Assembly (NCBI GenBank): GCA_041665405.1 | Contig: JBAYIZ010000006.1 | Coordinates: forward strand, 407-64,406 | DNA: 64,000 bases | Source of the DNA: Candidatus Magasanikiibacteriota bacterium | GTDB lineage: Bacteria; Patescibacteriota; Patescibacteriia; Magasanikbacterales; GWA2-37-8 | Direction: 5' to 3' | Shown: one piece after another, positions 1-9,554 of the stretch | Layout of the letters: every line of letters begins with the position of its first letter | How positions within the stretch are numbered: the stretch's first letter is position 1 | Notes under the pieces: generated by a model | Seen by the model: the letters and a program-made list of their open reading frames with translations, nothing else | Database searches by the model: none | What the model was told of the DNA's origin: nothing | Made by a program: the position numbers and the translations under genes

Positions 1-630
1 TTTATAAACCAGCTCTCGTAATGGCACACCATCAGTAGCCTCCCCGTCTTCCCAAGAATATTTAAATAAACCAGAAAGCTCATCGCGACGAGCCACAAAC
101 ATTTCTCCGTGCTTTTTTACATCATGAGTACCATCCGCTACCACACCTTGACCTCCACTACTAATTTCTGCCAGAATTCTTCCTTTTGGGTCTACTATAA
201 TATTTCCACCATATTTTTGTGGGCGCATTTCAACGATTGAAACATCATAATCTCCTACGTTTAATTCGTGCTGATTTATTGTGCTCTTAACAAATTCCAA
301 TATTTCTTCACGTTTCAGAGGTGTCTTTCTATATCTCATACCATCTTTCTTTTTGGGTTCTAAAAGCACAAACCAATCACTATCTCCAACTTCCGGTAAA
401 ATCTCTTCTGGACTGTTTAATAAATGTTCCAAAGAGCAAATTCTAGGCACGTCATTTGGAAGGCCTAATTTTTGGATCCTGTCCCATCCTGAAAATCTCG
501 AAGCCCCCAATGCGTTTGATAATTCTCTGACATTATCAACTCTATTTTTATCTGGTGTATCCACAGACCCCAAAGCTTTACCCCAAGCGTACATATTAGT
601 TTCGAGTTTTTTGCCAGCGTTTTCATCCAT
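1..630 (-). CDS. hypothetical protein, partial (N-terminal 210 aa; continues beyond window start)
   Basis: Own translation of the minus strand from ATG at 628-630 gives an uninterrupted frame to position 1 (MDENAGKKLETNMYAWGKALG...GVPLRELVYK). It is absent from the ORF track because no stop lies in the window. Confidence 0.55.
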   Translation of the reverse strand, partial: MDENAGKKLETNMYAWGKALGSVDTPDKNRVDNVRELSNALGASRFSGWDRIQKLGLPNDVPRICSLEHLLNSPEEILPEVGDSDWFVLLEPKKKDGMRYRKTPLKREEILEFVKSTINQHELNVGDYDVSIVEMRPQKYGGNIIVDPKGRILAEISSGGQGVVADGTHDVKKHGEMFVARRDELSGLFKYSWEDGEATDGVPLRELVYK

Positions 631-713
631 ATATATAATATTAAAACTAATTTTAGTATAAACTTTTTAAACACCCTGGTCAACAAGGTAATTCAAATCA
701 AACATTTAAATAA

Positions 714-740
714 GCAAAAAGTGAGCGTTTAAACTCACTT
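714..740 (-). terminator. intrinsic terminator hairpin (GTGAGCGTTTAAACTCAC) with T-run on minus strand, downstream of tRNA-Ser
   Basis: Perfect 5-bp stem with 8-nt loop; AAAAA precedes it on the plus strand, which is a U-run on the minus strand. Confidence 0.5.
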
Positions 741-752
741 CGTTGCGAACTG

Positions 753-837
753 CGGAAGGGGCGGGATTCGAACTCGCGGTGCCTTTCGACACGACAGTTT
801 TCAAGACTGTTGCCGTAAACCACTTGGCTACCCTTCC
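753..837 (-). tRNA. tRNA-Ser (anticodon UGA), type II with long variable arm; CCA not encoded
   Basis: Reverse complement folds as GGAAGGG acceptor, anticodon stem ACAGT/ACTGT with loop CTTGAAA (anticodon TGA), long variable arm GTGTCGAAAGGCAC, and T-loop TTCGAAT. Confidence 0.78.
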
Positions 838-878
838 ACTGATTACAAGACATAAACTATCACATATATTAATCTAAA

Positions 879-3386
879 TCAACCCCTCTTTATAATTCCT
901 GTCGCCAAACTGGCTACTTTTTTAATTCCCGCCATTAACAACGCCCCACGTGCTTTGGCTACAAAGCCCAACAGTAACGCCGTCAAACCACCAGCTGTAG
1001 TTGTAAAATACATTTTGGATGTTTCGGTTTGTTTATTTTGATCATTCGCTATGCGACTGGCCAGCACTTCATCGCTATAACCAACTACTTTGATATCAGA
1101 CAACGCTCGTGGCAAAATCTGCCAACCGTCTTTACCTTGATTTAATATCCCAATTATTTCCACCTTGTCTCCTTCTTTCAACTCCTGTTTATTAATTTGC
1201 GCTCCTTTTTTGAAATAAACCGCGACCTCGGTCACACCGTCATCTACGTACATCAGCGTGCTTTTTATTTCCGTTATATCACCAGATATTTTTACCAATC
1301 CGCCTAACATTTCCTCTGAGATATCTTCAATTTTCAAATCAATCGGTTCAATAATTTTATTTGTTGATAAAACATTGATTGCATATTTATTTTTTATCCT
1401 GATTCTTTTTACGCCGCCAACGATAGCAGCCTCTCCCCCGACAGAAATGTAATCACCAATTTTTAATTCTGGAAAATCTTTTTTATATTGATAAATTTGA
1501 AAACCGTTTTGATCATCATCGCTAACATAAAAAAATTGTTGACCAAAAGTCTTTGGCTCTACGGTTACTGATCCGCGTACGGACAACCAATTTACTGTCG
1601 TCTTGGCAGAAGTTGTTTTTGTTTCTTTGGTTGCACTTTTTTCTGTTTTTAATACAACTTTATATACTTCTTTATCATTGGGTGATATTAAAATTATTTC
1701 ATCACCATCTTTATCAAAACTAAGATGGTGAACTGCTCTAAAAAATTTTAAAGTTCCTGAAGCCACTATAGTGGTGTTTACTGGTATCTCATATTCCTTG
1801 CCACTTTTATTTTTTATTTTCCAACCAGATATATTTTGTGACTTATCCAAATAATTGGTGAGTTCAATATACTCTTCCATATCTTCTGTACTGGTAGTAT
1901 ACCAACCACTAATTTTCATATTGGCATTAGCCACAGAAAAGTTTGGCCCAACATAAACTTTAAATTCTTTTTTACCAGTTGTACCAGCGCTACTAGAAGC
2001 CGTCACTGAAACCAAATATATTCCTGAAGTGGCAAATGAATGCCCAGATAAATATCCTGTACTACTAAAGTTATCACCAAAATTCCAAAAATAATTTACT
2101 TCGCCACCGCGTGGATCGGCACTACCTTTGACACTAAAGATTCCTATCTCACCCACATCCAAACCATATGGGAAATCATATTTCCAACTAATGTTGACTG
2201 GGTCTTTTGTTTCAACAATATTAGTTTTTGTAGTGGTCGATGTTTTTGTTGTTTTTGTTGTTTTGGTTGATGTGGTTGAAGTAATTATATGTCCGTTGGT
2301 GTTATCATTCGCTGAGCTACCACCACTATTACCGCCAGTATTCAGATTGACGATAGGAACCACTAACTCGTTGGCAGTTCCTAGAGTTATCTTGTTGGTG
2401 ACCGCCCAATCACTATCCGTGCCAGTATCAAAACCGTCTATTTTTCTAATTAACGACTGTCCTTTATCAGTAATAAGTGAGTTGCTTTCACTATAATCAA
2501 TTCTATCCACGACAGCACCATTGTCATCCTTTAATATCACCGAATCACCACCATTATTAAGATAGCCTCCAGTCAACAAATCAACTATTAGCCAGTCATA
2601 ACCACCGATTCTGCCATTTGCTGGTTTACAATTACTATCCGAAGAATCACAAATCAAACCACTAGATAAATCTACTGTACTTGAACTATTATTATATAGC
2701 TCAATCTGTTCGTTTCCCTCAACTGGATCTGATACAATTTCATTTAATTTTATAAAACTCCAATCAAAAATACTGTCAGAAGAGGTAGACATGTCCATAG
2801 TAGAAGACGACTCTGCTGTAGTAGTAGCGGTGGTAGTAGTGAAATTAATATCAACTATTGAATAATTGCTATTTTGTGCACCCACAGTATTGCCAACAGA
2901 ATTTTCCTGCCAATTATCCAAACTATAATTATCTAAAAATGGATTTCTTCTTTCTAATGAAAAATTTGTGGTAGATACATAACTAAACTTTTCTACAAAA
3001 TTATCCATTTCATCCTTTAAACCAATCTCTTCGCTGTTTTCACTCAAACTTGTCCAAGAAGAATCAAATACTGAACCGATAAAATTGGGATGATCTAACA
3101 TAAATATATCGGCGTCCTGACAAATCACCCCATATTCACCAGACAATATCATACTATCAGTTGAAGTCGTCGCCTTGAGATTGTGTTTGGTACTATTTTC
3201 CCAAAATTTCCAATCTTTAATATCAATCGAGTCTGCTCCCCGATTCCAAATCTCAATCCATTCATGAGTGCTCGTTGGATAGGCACCAATCTCATTTATG
3301 ATAATATCCGTATTGGCCGCCAATAATTTTTGCCCAATAAAAAAACTGCCAAATATAAAGACAGCAACCAAAATAAAATATTTCAT
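879..3386 (-). CDS. secreted cell-surface protein with two lamin-tail (LTD) domains and Thr-rich linkers (835 aa)
   Basis: Signal peptide MKYFILVAVFIFGSFFIG. LTD-like motifs IINEIGAYPTSTHEWIEIWN and LNEIVSDPVEGNEQIELYN. Long Thr/Ser tracts and a C-terminal hydrophobic segment. Confidence 0.7.
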   Translation of the reverse strand: MKYFILVAVFIFGSFFIGQKLLAANTDIIINEIGAYPTSTHEWIEIWNRGADSIDIKDWKFWENSTKHNLKATTSTDSMILSGEYGVICQDADIFMLDHPNFIGSVFDSSWTSLSENSEEIGLKDEMDNFVEKFSYVSTTNFSLERRNPFLDNYSLDNWQENSVGNTVGAQNSNYSIVDINFTTTTATTTAESSSTMDMSTSSDSIFDWSFIKLNEIVSDPVEGNEQIELYNNSSSTVDLSSGLICDSSDSNCKPANGRIGGYDWLIVDLLTGGYLNNGGDSVILKDDNGAVVDRIDYSESNSLITDKGQSLIRKIDGFDTGTDSDWAVTNKITLGTANELVVPIVNLNTGGNSGGSSANDNTNGHIITSTTSTKTTKTTKTSTTTKTNIVETKDPVNISWKYDFPYGLDVGEIGIFSVKGSADPRGGEVNYFWNFGDNFSSTGYLSGHSFATSGIYLVSVTASSSAGTTGKKEFKVYVGPNFSVANANMKISGWYTTSTEDMEEYIELTNYLDKSQNISGWKIKNKSGKEYEIPVNTTIVASGTLKFFRAVHHLSFDKDGDEIILISPNDKEVYKVVLKTEKSATKETKTTSAKTTVNWLSVRGSVTVEPKTFGQQFFYVSDDDQNGFQIYQYKKDFPELKIGDYISVGGEAAIVGGVKRIRIKNKYAINVLSTNKIIEPIDLKIEDISEEMLGGLVKISGDITEIKSTLMYVDDGVTEVAVYFKKGAQINKQELKEGDKVEIIGILNQGKDGWQILPRALSDIKVVGYSDEVLASRIANDQNKQTETSKMYFTTTAGGLTALLLGFVAKARGALLMAGIKKVASLATGIIKRG

Positions 3387-3440
3387 ACCCCCAATAAAAA
3401 ATATATTAATGGTTTTAATTATATCAAATTTTAATAAAAA

Positions 3441-3470
3441 AGAAAGCCTCTTATTTAAGAGGCTTTTTCT
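3441..3470. terminator. bidirectional intrinsic terminator (AAAGCCTCTTATTTAAGAGGCTTT, flanked by A-run and T-run)
   Basis: 8-bp GC-containing stem between convergently ending ORFs; A-run upstream and T-run downstream. Confidence 0.6.
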
Positions 3471-3900
3471 TTAATTTTTTTAATATGTCCATCGGTTTTT
3501 CTTTGTGCAAATTTCCCAAATAAACACACTTTATTTTTTTAACAAGCACAGCTGGTAATGTTTTTTTAATATCCAACATGATTTCGGTTGGAGCAAACAA
3601 ATACACCGCACTAAATTTTTGTTCACCAGATATTTGTTTCACAAAGTCTTTAACCAAAACTAGAAAATCGCTATGTTTTGATCTCTTCATTTTTTCTATC
3701 TTTGAGCCAGATTCAAACACCAATGATCCACGTCTGCCAAAGTTTTCACGATCAGAATAATGGCTTTTTAATAAAGTGACCTGCCCCGCTTGCGCAATCT
3801 CTCCTTCGCTGGCGATATAAAAATTTGCCGCTTGAGTACCTGATACTACCAATAAGGCACTTTCATTTATAAACTGATGTAATTGTGCTGAAATTTTCAT
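3451..3900 (-). CDS. hypothetical protein (149 aa)
   Basis: Complete ORF; no confident family assignment from the sequence. Confidence 0.45.
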   Translation of the reverse strand: MKISAQLHQFINESALLVVSGTQAANFYIASEGEIAQAGQVTLLKSHYSDRENFGRRGSLVFESGSKIEKMKRSKHSDFLVLVKDFVKQISGEQKFSAVYLFAPTEIMLDIKKTLPAVLVKKIKCVYLGNLHKEKPMDILKKLKKKPLK

Positions 3901-3921
3901 ATAATCAATTCGAGATATGAA

Positions 3922-4905
3922 TTAATTTAATGGTTCAACTAATGGCATATCAGTATTGGCTGGTTTTGGTTTGTATAATTCCGGATCAATTTTGCGGTTA
4001 AAACAAGTACGTTCTGCTTGATGGCTCCAATTCTGGTTGAAGGAATCAAATGGCTTAGGATAGGCCGGAAGAGTGTTGAAATTATTATCACTCACTGTTA
4101 CAAAGTTAGCACACAACTCAAAATTATATTGATTAATAATGCGATATTCATAATCTAGTTTAGTTTGAGGATCGGTCGGTACCACAAAACCAGAGATGCT
4201 GTCGTTTAGCTGTATTACCTCTCCAGGCAATTCAGACTTTTGAGTCCAATAATTTAAAATCTGATTTTGTATTGTCTGCAAATCCTGTATGCGTTGTTCA
4301 TCAAAGCGGCGATTGCGTTGTTCAAATGGAGTGCCTACAACAAAAAATCCGGCCACTACACTTCCCAGCGCCAAAACCAATAAAATCCCTGCCAAAAGTT
4401 TTGGAACACGAGAAATTAATTCTTTGCGTTTCAAATCCCACATATAATATCCAAAGACTGCTCCCGCTACCAACAACACTATCAAAATCTTTAAAAAGAA
4501 ACGGGTAGTAATCTCACCGCTTAAGAAATTATAAACCAGAATAATCAAATCAACAATTATAGTAACTGCGGAAACAAAAAGTGTAAAATACACTAACCAT
4601 TTTCTTAATTTGAATTCGCGCTTTTCTGGATTAGCATATAAATCTTTGGCCAACAACCAGGCTGTTATCAAATATGCCGGCACCGCAATCAATAAAATAG
4701 ATGACGCCACCCGTACCGACTCGGCAATACCAGTATAATAATAATTCAATGCATCAGGAAATAGCGCATTGATATACTGAAGATACAATGTAATAAAACC
4801 AATAACACTCAAATAAAAAGTCAAAATGTTAAATAGGTGCAAAAACACATCTTTTGGTGTACTGCTCGCTTTTACGACACTCGGTTGCATGTTTGAGTTT
4901 TCCAT
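3922..4905 (-). CDS. integral membrane protein (about 5 TM helices N-terminal, soluble C-terminal domain), hypothetical
   Basis: Multiple hydrophobic helices (FLHLFNILTFYLSVIGFITLYL, ILLIAVPAYLITAWLL, WLVYFTLFVSAVTIIVDLIILVY, etc.). Confidence 0.6.
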   Translation of the reverse strand: MENSNMQPSVVKASSTPKDVFLHLFNILTFYLSVIGFITLYLQYINALFPDALNYYYTGIAESVRVASSILLIAVPAYLITAWLLAKDLYANPEKREFKLRKWLVYFTLFVSAVTIIVDLIILVYNFLSGEITTRFFLKILIVLLVAGAVFGYYMWDLKRKELISRVPKLLAGILLVLALGSVVAGFFVVGTPFEQRNRRFDEQRIQDLQTIQNQILNYWTQKSELPGEVIQLNDSISGFVVPTDPQTKLDYEYRIINQYNFELCANFVTVSDNNFNTLPAYPKPFDSFNQNWSHQAERTCFNRKIDPELYKPKPANTDMPLVEPLN

Positions 4906-5046
4906 AAATTTATTTAATTATATTATAAGTTTATTATACCACAAATATAACTAGCCCACATCATGCTTGTGTGGGATAAATGGCTAACCATTGACAAAAG
5001 ACCGTTTTTATGCTATTATGGCAAGTTAATTTTAATCGTTATAACT

Positions 5047-6873
5047 ATGCGTTTTTCCTCTGTTTTAGTGACAATTTTGCTCTGTTTGGCCATAACATCT
5101 CCAGTAGAAGCAAAAATTGCTCTACCTGTTACACCAACTGGTTTTACCTATCAAGCTGTACCTACAGGCACTCTTTTGAAGTGGAGCAACCAAAAGTCCT
5201 CGATTGGATATTCTTGTCTTGTTTACAGATCAACATCGCCAAAAACCAAAGGAACCATGATAAAAAAACTTTCCTGTAAGAATGGCAACATGCTTGATAT
5301 TAGCGCGAAAAAGAACAAAGTATATTATTATTCAATTCAGGTACAAAATCTAAAATCATTTTCAAAGCTAACCAAAGCGACGAAGTTTGTTCCTAAAAAA
5401 ATATCCACAACAATTTTAAAAAAGGAATTACCAACGCCTAGTGATGTAAAAATATCAGCAACTCCAATTCCAACTACTACTGTTTTAATAAAGACGGCTG
5501 ACATAATCACTCCTCAACCGACAATCAGTGGTGGTGGCGGAGGCGGTGGTGGCGGATCATCTCAACCGGTTGCTACTCCAGAACCAGTTGTGGTTTCGGC
5601 CCCAGTCTCAAAACAGATTCCGCAAACTAATACCACCGTTATATTGGAGGTACCTAGCTCTACAATTGAAACTATAATTCCTTCCTCCACAACATCTACC
5701 ATTGTTGAGACAACATCGACACCTCCAGCACCAATCGTAGATACATCCGAAAAAACAATTTGCTCTTCTGCAAGCCAGAGAGTCGTTTTAATTGTTGATC
5801 CAAATTTAAGCACACAAATTCAATCAAATCTAACACAATTCGAAACTGATTTGTGTAAAGAATATAGTGTAATAGAAAAAACAAAAAAATTTAATAGCCC
5901 TCAGGAGCTGCGTTCCTATTTGAAGGACATTTATGACAAATCTTCTCTTGTTGGAACTATCTTAATTGGTGATTTTCCTCGCGTCTATCAAAATGTTTCA
6001 TTAAGTTTAGATTCACCAGAAGAAGCGCTAAGTCTTCAATATTACGAAGATTTGGATGGAAATTTTAGTACTTCCACAAACTATCAATCTCCAGGAAACC
6101 GTACATATTCTTATGATATTCATGACGGTGATGTTGATTGGGAAATATGGGTTGGTGTTTTGCCGTATTATAATGGTGACATCGATGCGACAGCTGACGC
6201 AATTAATCGCTTCCTTGTAAAAAACCATAATTATCGAACAAACGGGTCTCTCATACCAAGAGCATATGCTGAAATCGACGAACTTTCAGGGGCGAACCCG
6301 AAGGATTTGGCAGAATATGAACAAGCAAGAACATATCTACGTTCTGGCCAATACTCTTGGTCTCCATTCAGTCTCGCTACCACATCCAAAATATATTTTA
6401 ACGGAGATGGTGTCCCTGAGGAATTTTCAATCAGTAACGCCTACAAAGATTTGTCACTAGGTGTGGCTGATTTCACCGAGGTAGGTGCTCATGGTTATTG
6501 GGGTGGGAGCGGAAAAACTGATATCAGCTGGATAAACAATAATCCTATCAAAACAATATTTTATTGGAATGATGCGTGCTCTGTTGGAAATTTAGATTAT
6601 CAAGAAAACTTTTTGTCTTCCGTATTATATAATCAAAACAGCGAGGTTTTGGTAGCCAGAGGTTCGACTAATAGTTCCGGTGGTATGGGTAGTAATACTA
6701 ATGGTTATTTTGGCCACAACATTGCTACATCATTAACAAACGGAGAAAGCATCGGTCAGGCTATAGTCAACCATGTGAATGTTCCTTTGGTATCTCCATA
6801 TAATAAATCAAGAGAATTCCACTTTGCCCTATCTATCATTCTAGGCGACCCAACACTAAAACTAAGACAATAA
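5047..6873 (+). CDS. secreted clan-CD (gingipain/clostripain-like) cysteine peptidase candidate with Gly- and Thr-rich linker
   Basis: Signal peptide MRFSSVLVTILLCLAITSPVEA starts at the internal ATG at 5047. Poly-Gly run GGGGGGGGGSS. Putative catalytic dyad H-G (EVGAHGYWGG) then A-C (YWNDACSVGN) with caspase-fold spacing. Confidence 0.5.
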   Translation: MRFSSVLVTILLCLAITSPVEAKIALPVTPTGFTYQAVPTGTLLKWSNQKSSIGYSCLVYRSTSPKTKGTMIKKLSCKNGNMLDISAKKNKVYYYSIQVQNLKSFSKLTKATKFVPKKISTTILKKELPTPSDVKISATPIPTTTVLIKTADIITPQPTISGGGGGGGGGSSQPVATPEPVVVSAPVSKQIPQTNTTVILEVPSSTIETIIPSSTTSTIVETTSTPPAPIVDTSEKTICSSASQRVVLIVDPNLSTQIQSNLTQFETDLCKEYSVIEKTKKFNSPQELRSYLKDIYDKSSLVGTILIGDFPRVYQNVSLSLDSPEEALSLQYYEDLDGNFSTSTNYQSPGNRTYSYDIHDGDVDWEIWVGVLPYYNGDIDATADAINRFLVKNHNYRTNGSLIPRAYAEIDELSGANPKDLAEYEQARTYLRSGQYSWSPFSLATTSKIYFNGDGVPEEFSISNAYKDLSLGVADFTEVGAHGYWGGSGKTDISWINNNPIKTIFYWNDACSVGNLDYQENFLSSVLYNQNSEVLVARGSTNSSGGMGSNTNGYFGHNIATSLTNGESIGQAIVNHVNVPLVSPYNKSREFHFALSIILGDPTLKLRQ

Positions 6874-6892
6874 ATTCATAAACTGCAGACTT

Positions 6893-6918
6893 AAAAAGCA
6901 CCTTGATGGTGCTTTTTT
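6893..6918. terminator. bidirectional intrinsic terminator (AGCACCTTGATGGTGCT + T-run)
   Basis: 6-bp GC stem between convergent peptidase and trpS genes; A-run upstream and T-run downstream. Confidence 0.6.
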
Positions 6919-6984
6919 GTCCGCTCATGATCTTGATCCACTTTTACAACATGGTGTTGTACCGCTCATCTCCCCAGGAAATAA

Positions 6985-7965
6985 TCACCGAATACCAACC
7001 ATTTTTCGCACTGCTTTCATGTTGGTCATAGCTACCTTTTGAGCTTTTTTAGAACCACCAACTAAAATTTTATCCAATTTTTTAGTATCCTTTAATAGTT
7101 TGGCACGTTTTGTCCTAAACGATTCAAAATGGTCAGCAATCGCTTCACCAAGTACTTTTTTCAGGTCACCATAGCGAATGTTTCCTTGTTTTTCGGCTTG
7201 CAAAAATTGGTCATAAATTTTTTTATCACCAAATTCTTTTAGTAATCCAAGCAGATTGGCAACACCTGGAGTAATAGCTCCACCAACCGTGGCTGTAACT
7301 GCCTTTTTTAACTTGTTTTCTATTTCTTCTGGTGTTTCACAGAGTTGAATTACATGCCCAAACCCCAAACTCTTGCTCATCTTCTTTTCTGGTTCCAACA
7401 AACTCATTACTTTTGGAACATTGGTCAACAAGTGTTTAGTCTCAGGGAAAAATTCACCGTATTTATTATTAAACCAACGAGCAATGTCGCGAGTCAACTC
7501 AACATGTTGAACCTGATCCTGTCCAACCGGCACCATGTCGCCTTTATATATCAAAATGTCGGCGGCTTGCAAAATCGGATAAGTAAACAATCCGGCGGTA
7601 GCCGAAATGTGTTGGGCGGTCTTATCTTTGTACTGCGTCATGCGATCCAATTCACCCATTGGTGTCACACAATTAAATACCCAAGCCAATTCAGCATGTT
7701 CTTGCACATGAGATTGTACAAAAAAGGTGGTTTTCTTTGGGTCTATGCCAGCGGCCAATAGTTCGGCAACTGTAATTCGAGTTTGTTCCCTCAATTGATC
7801 GGCTGTTTGTTTGCCAGTCAAAGAATGTAGGTCCGCAACAAAAATATAAAGTTGATATCTACCATAATTTTGCAATTCCACCCAATTTTTTACCGCTCCT
7901 AGATAATTACCAATATGGAGATTGCCGGTCGGCTGAATACCAGAAACGATTACAGGTTTAGACAT
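6985..7965 (-). CDS. trpS: tryptophanyl-tRNA synthetase
   Basis: Class I aaRS motifs: GIQPTGNLHIGNY (HIGH-type) and KMSKS. Length 326 aa is typical of TrpRS. Confidence 0.9.
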   Translation of the reverse strand: MSKPVIVSGIQPTGNLHIGNYLGAVKNWVELQNYGRYQLYIFVADLHSLTGKQTADQLREQTRITVAELLAAGIDPKKTTFFVQSHVQEHAELAWVFNCVTPMGELDRMTQYKDKTAQHISATAGLFTYPILQAADILIYKGDMVPVGQDQVQHVELTRDIARWFNNKYGEFFPETKHLLTNVPKVMSLLEPEKKMSKSLGFGHVIQLCETPEEIENKLKKAVTATVGGAITPGVANLLGLLKEFGDKKIYDQFLQAEKQGNIRYGDLKKVLGEAIADHFESFRTKRAKLLKDTKKLDKILVGGSKKAQKVAMTNMKAVRKMVGIR

Positions 7966-8033
7966 AAAAAAACAAATATTATTACCTTAGTATTTTAAAC
8001 TACTTTACCTAGACTGTAAATGGCGACAAAAAA

Positions 8034-8513
8034 TTAATAATGATACTGTCGTCCACCAGATATCATAAAGGCTCGGTAAATCTGTTCCCACAAAAACACT
8101 CTCATCATTTGGTGGGTAAAAGTAAAAGCAGAAAAAGATAATTTTAAATTGGCCAATTGCAAAATCGATTGATCTAATCCACGCGGTCCGCCAATAATAA
8201 AAATAATTTCGCTAATCCCTTCATTGGATAGGCCAGATAATTTTTTAGAAAAGTCCACAGACGAAAATTGCTTACCATGCTCGTCCAACACGATAACATA
8301 CGCGCCCTTAGTTTTTTCTAGGGCGTTTTTTATTTTCTCTGCCTCTTTTGTTTTTATAATATCAGACGAGGTTTTTTCATCAAAACTTTCTTCTTTCAAT
8401 TCCAAAATTTCTACTTTTGCAAAAGCCTGTAAGCGTTTTAAATATTCTTCCTCTGCTTCACGCCAAAAACTTTCTTTCAATTTTCCCAAACAAATTAATT
8501 TCAAATGCAACAT
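8034..8513 (-). CDS. rlmH: 23S rRNA (pseudouridine1915-N3)-methyltransferase RlmH (SPOUT)
   Basis: 159 aa. The C-terminal region IIGGPRGLDQSIL...LSFSAFTFTHQMMRVFLWEQIYRAFMI aligns to the E. coli RlmH IGGPEGL...[25 protein letters not shown] motif. Confidence 0.85.
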   Translation of the reverse strand: MLHLKLICLGKLKESFWREAEEEYLKRLQAFAKVEILELKEESFDEKTSSDIIKTKEAEKIKNALEKTKGAYVIVLDEHGKQFSSVDFSKKLSGLSNEGISEIIFIIGGPRGLDQSILQLANLKLSFSAFTFTHQMMRVFLWEQIYRAFMISGGRQYHY

Positions 8514-8514
8514 A

Positions 8515-9525
8515 CTATTTCTTAACCAAGTTATTTATAAAACTCTTGCCAGATTCTTCCCAAGAAAATTGTAATGCTTTTTCGCGGCATTTTTCACGTG
8601 ATAAATTCAAACAAGCCATAGCTGCTGTCTTCAAATCATCGTCAATAAATCCGTCTACACCAGGAGTAATAATGTCGCGCGGCCCCATCACATTGTGAGC
8701 TGCCACTGGCACACCACAGGCCAAAGCTTCCAGTATCACCAAACCAAATGTTTCCGTTAAAGAAGGAAAAACAAAAACATCGCAAATGGATAATAAATTT
8801 ACCAAATCCTCACCTTTTTTATATCCAACAAATTTTACTCTGTCTCCATATTCTTTCTCCAGTTCGTGGCGTTGTGGGCCATCGCCTATAACAAGTTTGG
8901 TGCCTGGTAAATCACATTCCAAAAATTCTTTGATGTTTTTTTCAATCGCTACGCGTCCACAAAAAACAAATACCGGAGATGGATAAGAAGCCGTGTCTGT
9001 AACTAAATTGTCTCTGCGTTTAAAAAATTCTGCATCTACTCCCAAAGGGCATATCGTAATATTTTTGAAGCCACGTAACTCCAATTCGCTTTTTAAGCTT
9101 TGAGTACTCACCATTAATGATTCTGACACACTATGAAACCAACGCAAATAGGCGTAGGTGGTATCAAAAAGAAAGCCCGTTCTAATTTTTAAATATAATG
9201 GTACATTGGTGTGATAAGAAGTTGAAAATTTATATTTTTTATGTAGACAAACCAATCTGGCGGCCAGACCTAGTGTCCCCTCAGAAGTAATATGGATAAA
9301 ATCTGGTTTTTCTTCTTCAAGGATCTTCTCAATCTTTTTTTGCGCAAAAACCGCCAGCTTTACCTCTGGATAAAAAAATACTGGAATGCTATGAAACATG
9401 CCTGGATGTATCAGAACTACCTCAAAACCATTTTTTTTGAGAAGTTCGATAGTTCTTTCTAAGGAAACAATCACCCCACTAACCCATGGATGCCAACCAT
9501 CCGTAAAAATAACTATTTTTTTCAT
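8515..9525 (-). CDS. glycosyltransferase family 4 (GT-B fold)
   Basis: Motifs FVFCGRVAIEKNIKEFLE and FVFPSLTETFGLVILEALACGVPV (EX7E region). Confidence 0.8.
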   Translation of the reverse strand: MKKIVIFTDGWHPWVSGVIVSLERTIELLKKNGFEVVLIHPGMFHSIPVFFYPEVKLAVFAQKKIEKILEEEKPDFIHITSEGTLGLAARLVCLHKKYKFSTSYHTNVPLYLKIRTGFLFDTTYAYLRWFHSVSESLMVSTQSLKSELELRGFKNITICPLGVDAEFFKRRDNLVTDTASYPSPVFVFCGRVAIEKNIKEFLECDLPGTKLVIGDGPQRHELEKEYGDRVKFVGYKKGEDLVNLLSICDVFVFPSLTETFGLVILEALACGVPVAAHNVMGPRDIITPGVDGFIDDDLKTAAMACLNLSREKCREKALQFSWEESGKSFINNLVKK

Positions 9526-9554
9526 ACCAGGTAATTATATATTACTTTGGGGTT

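Noticed and set aside
2128-2496. Antisense ORFs inside long genes (for example 2128..2496 +, 1258..1452 +, 26370..26811 -, 49805..50665 -, 56592..57062 +)
   Set aside because: They lie entirely within well-supported CDSs on the opposite strand, have low-complexity composition, and are typical shadow ORFs.
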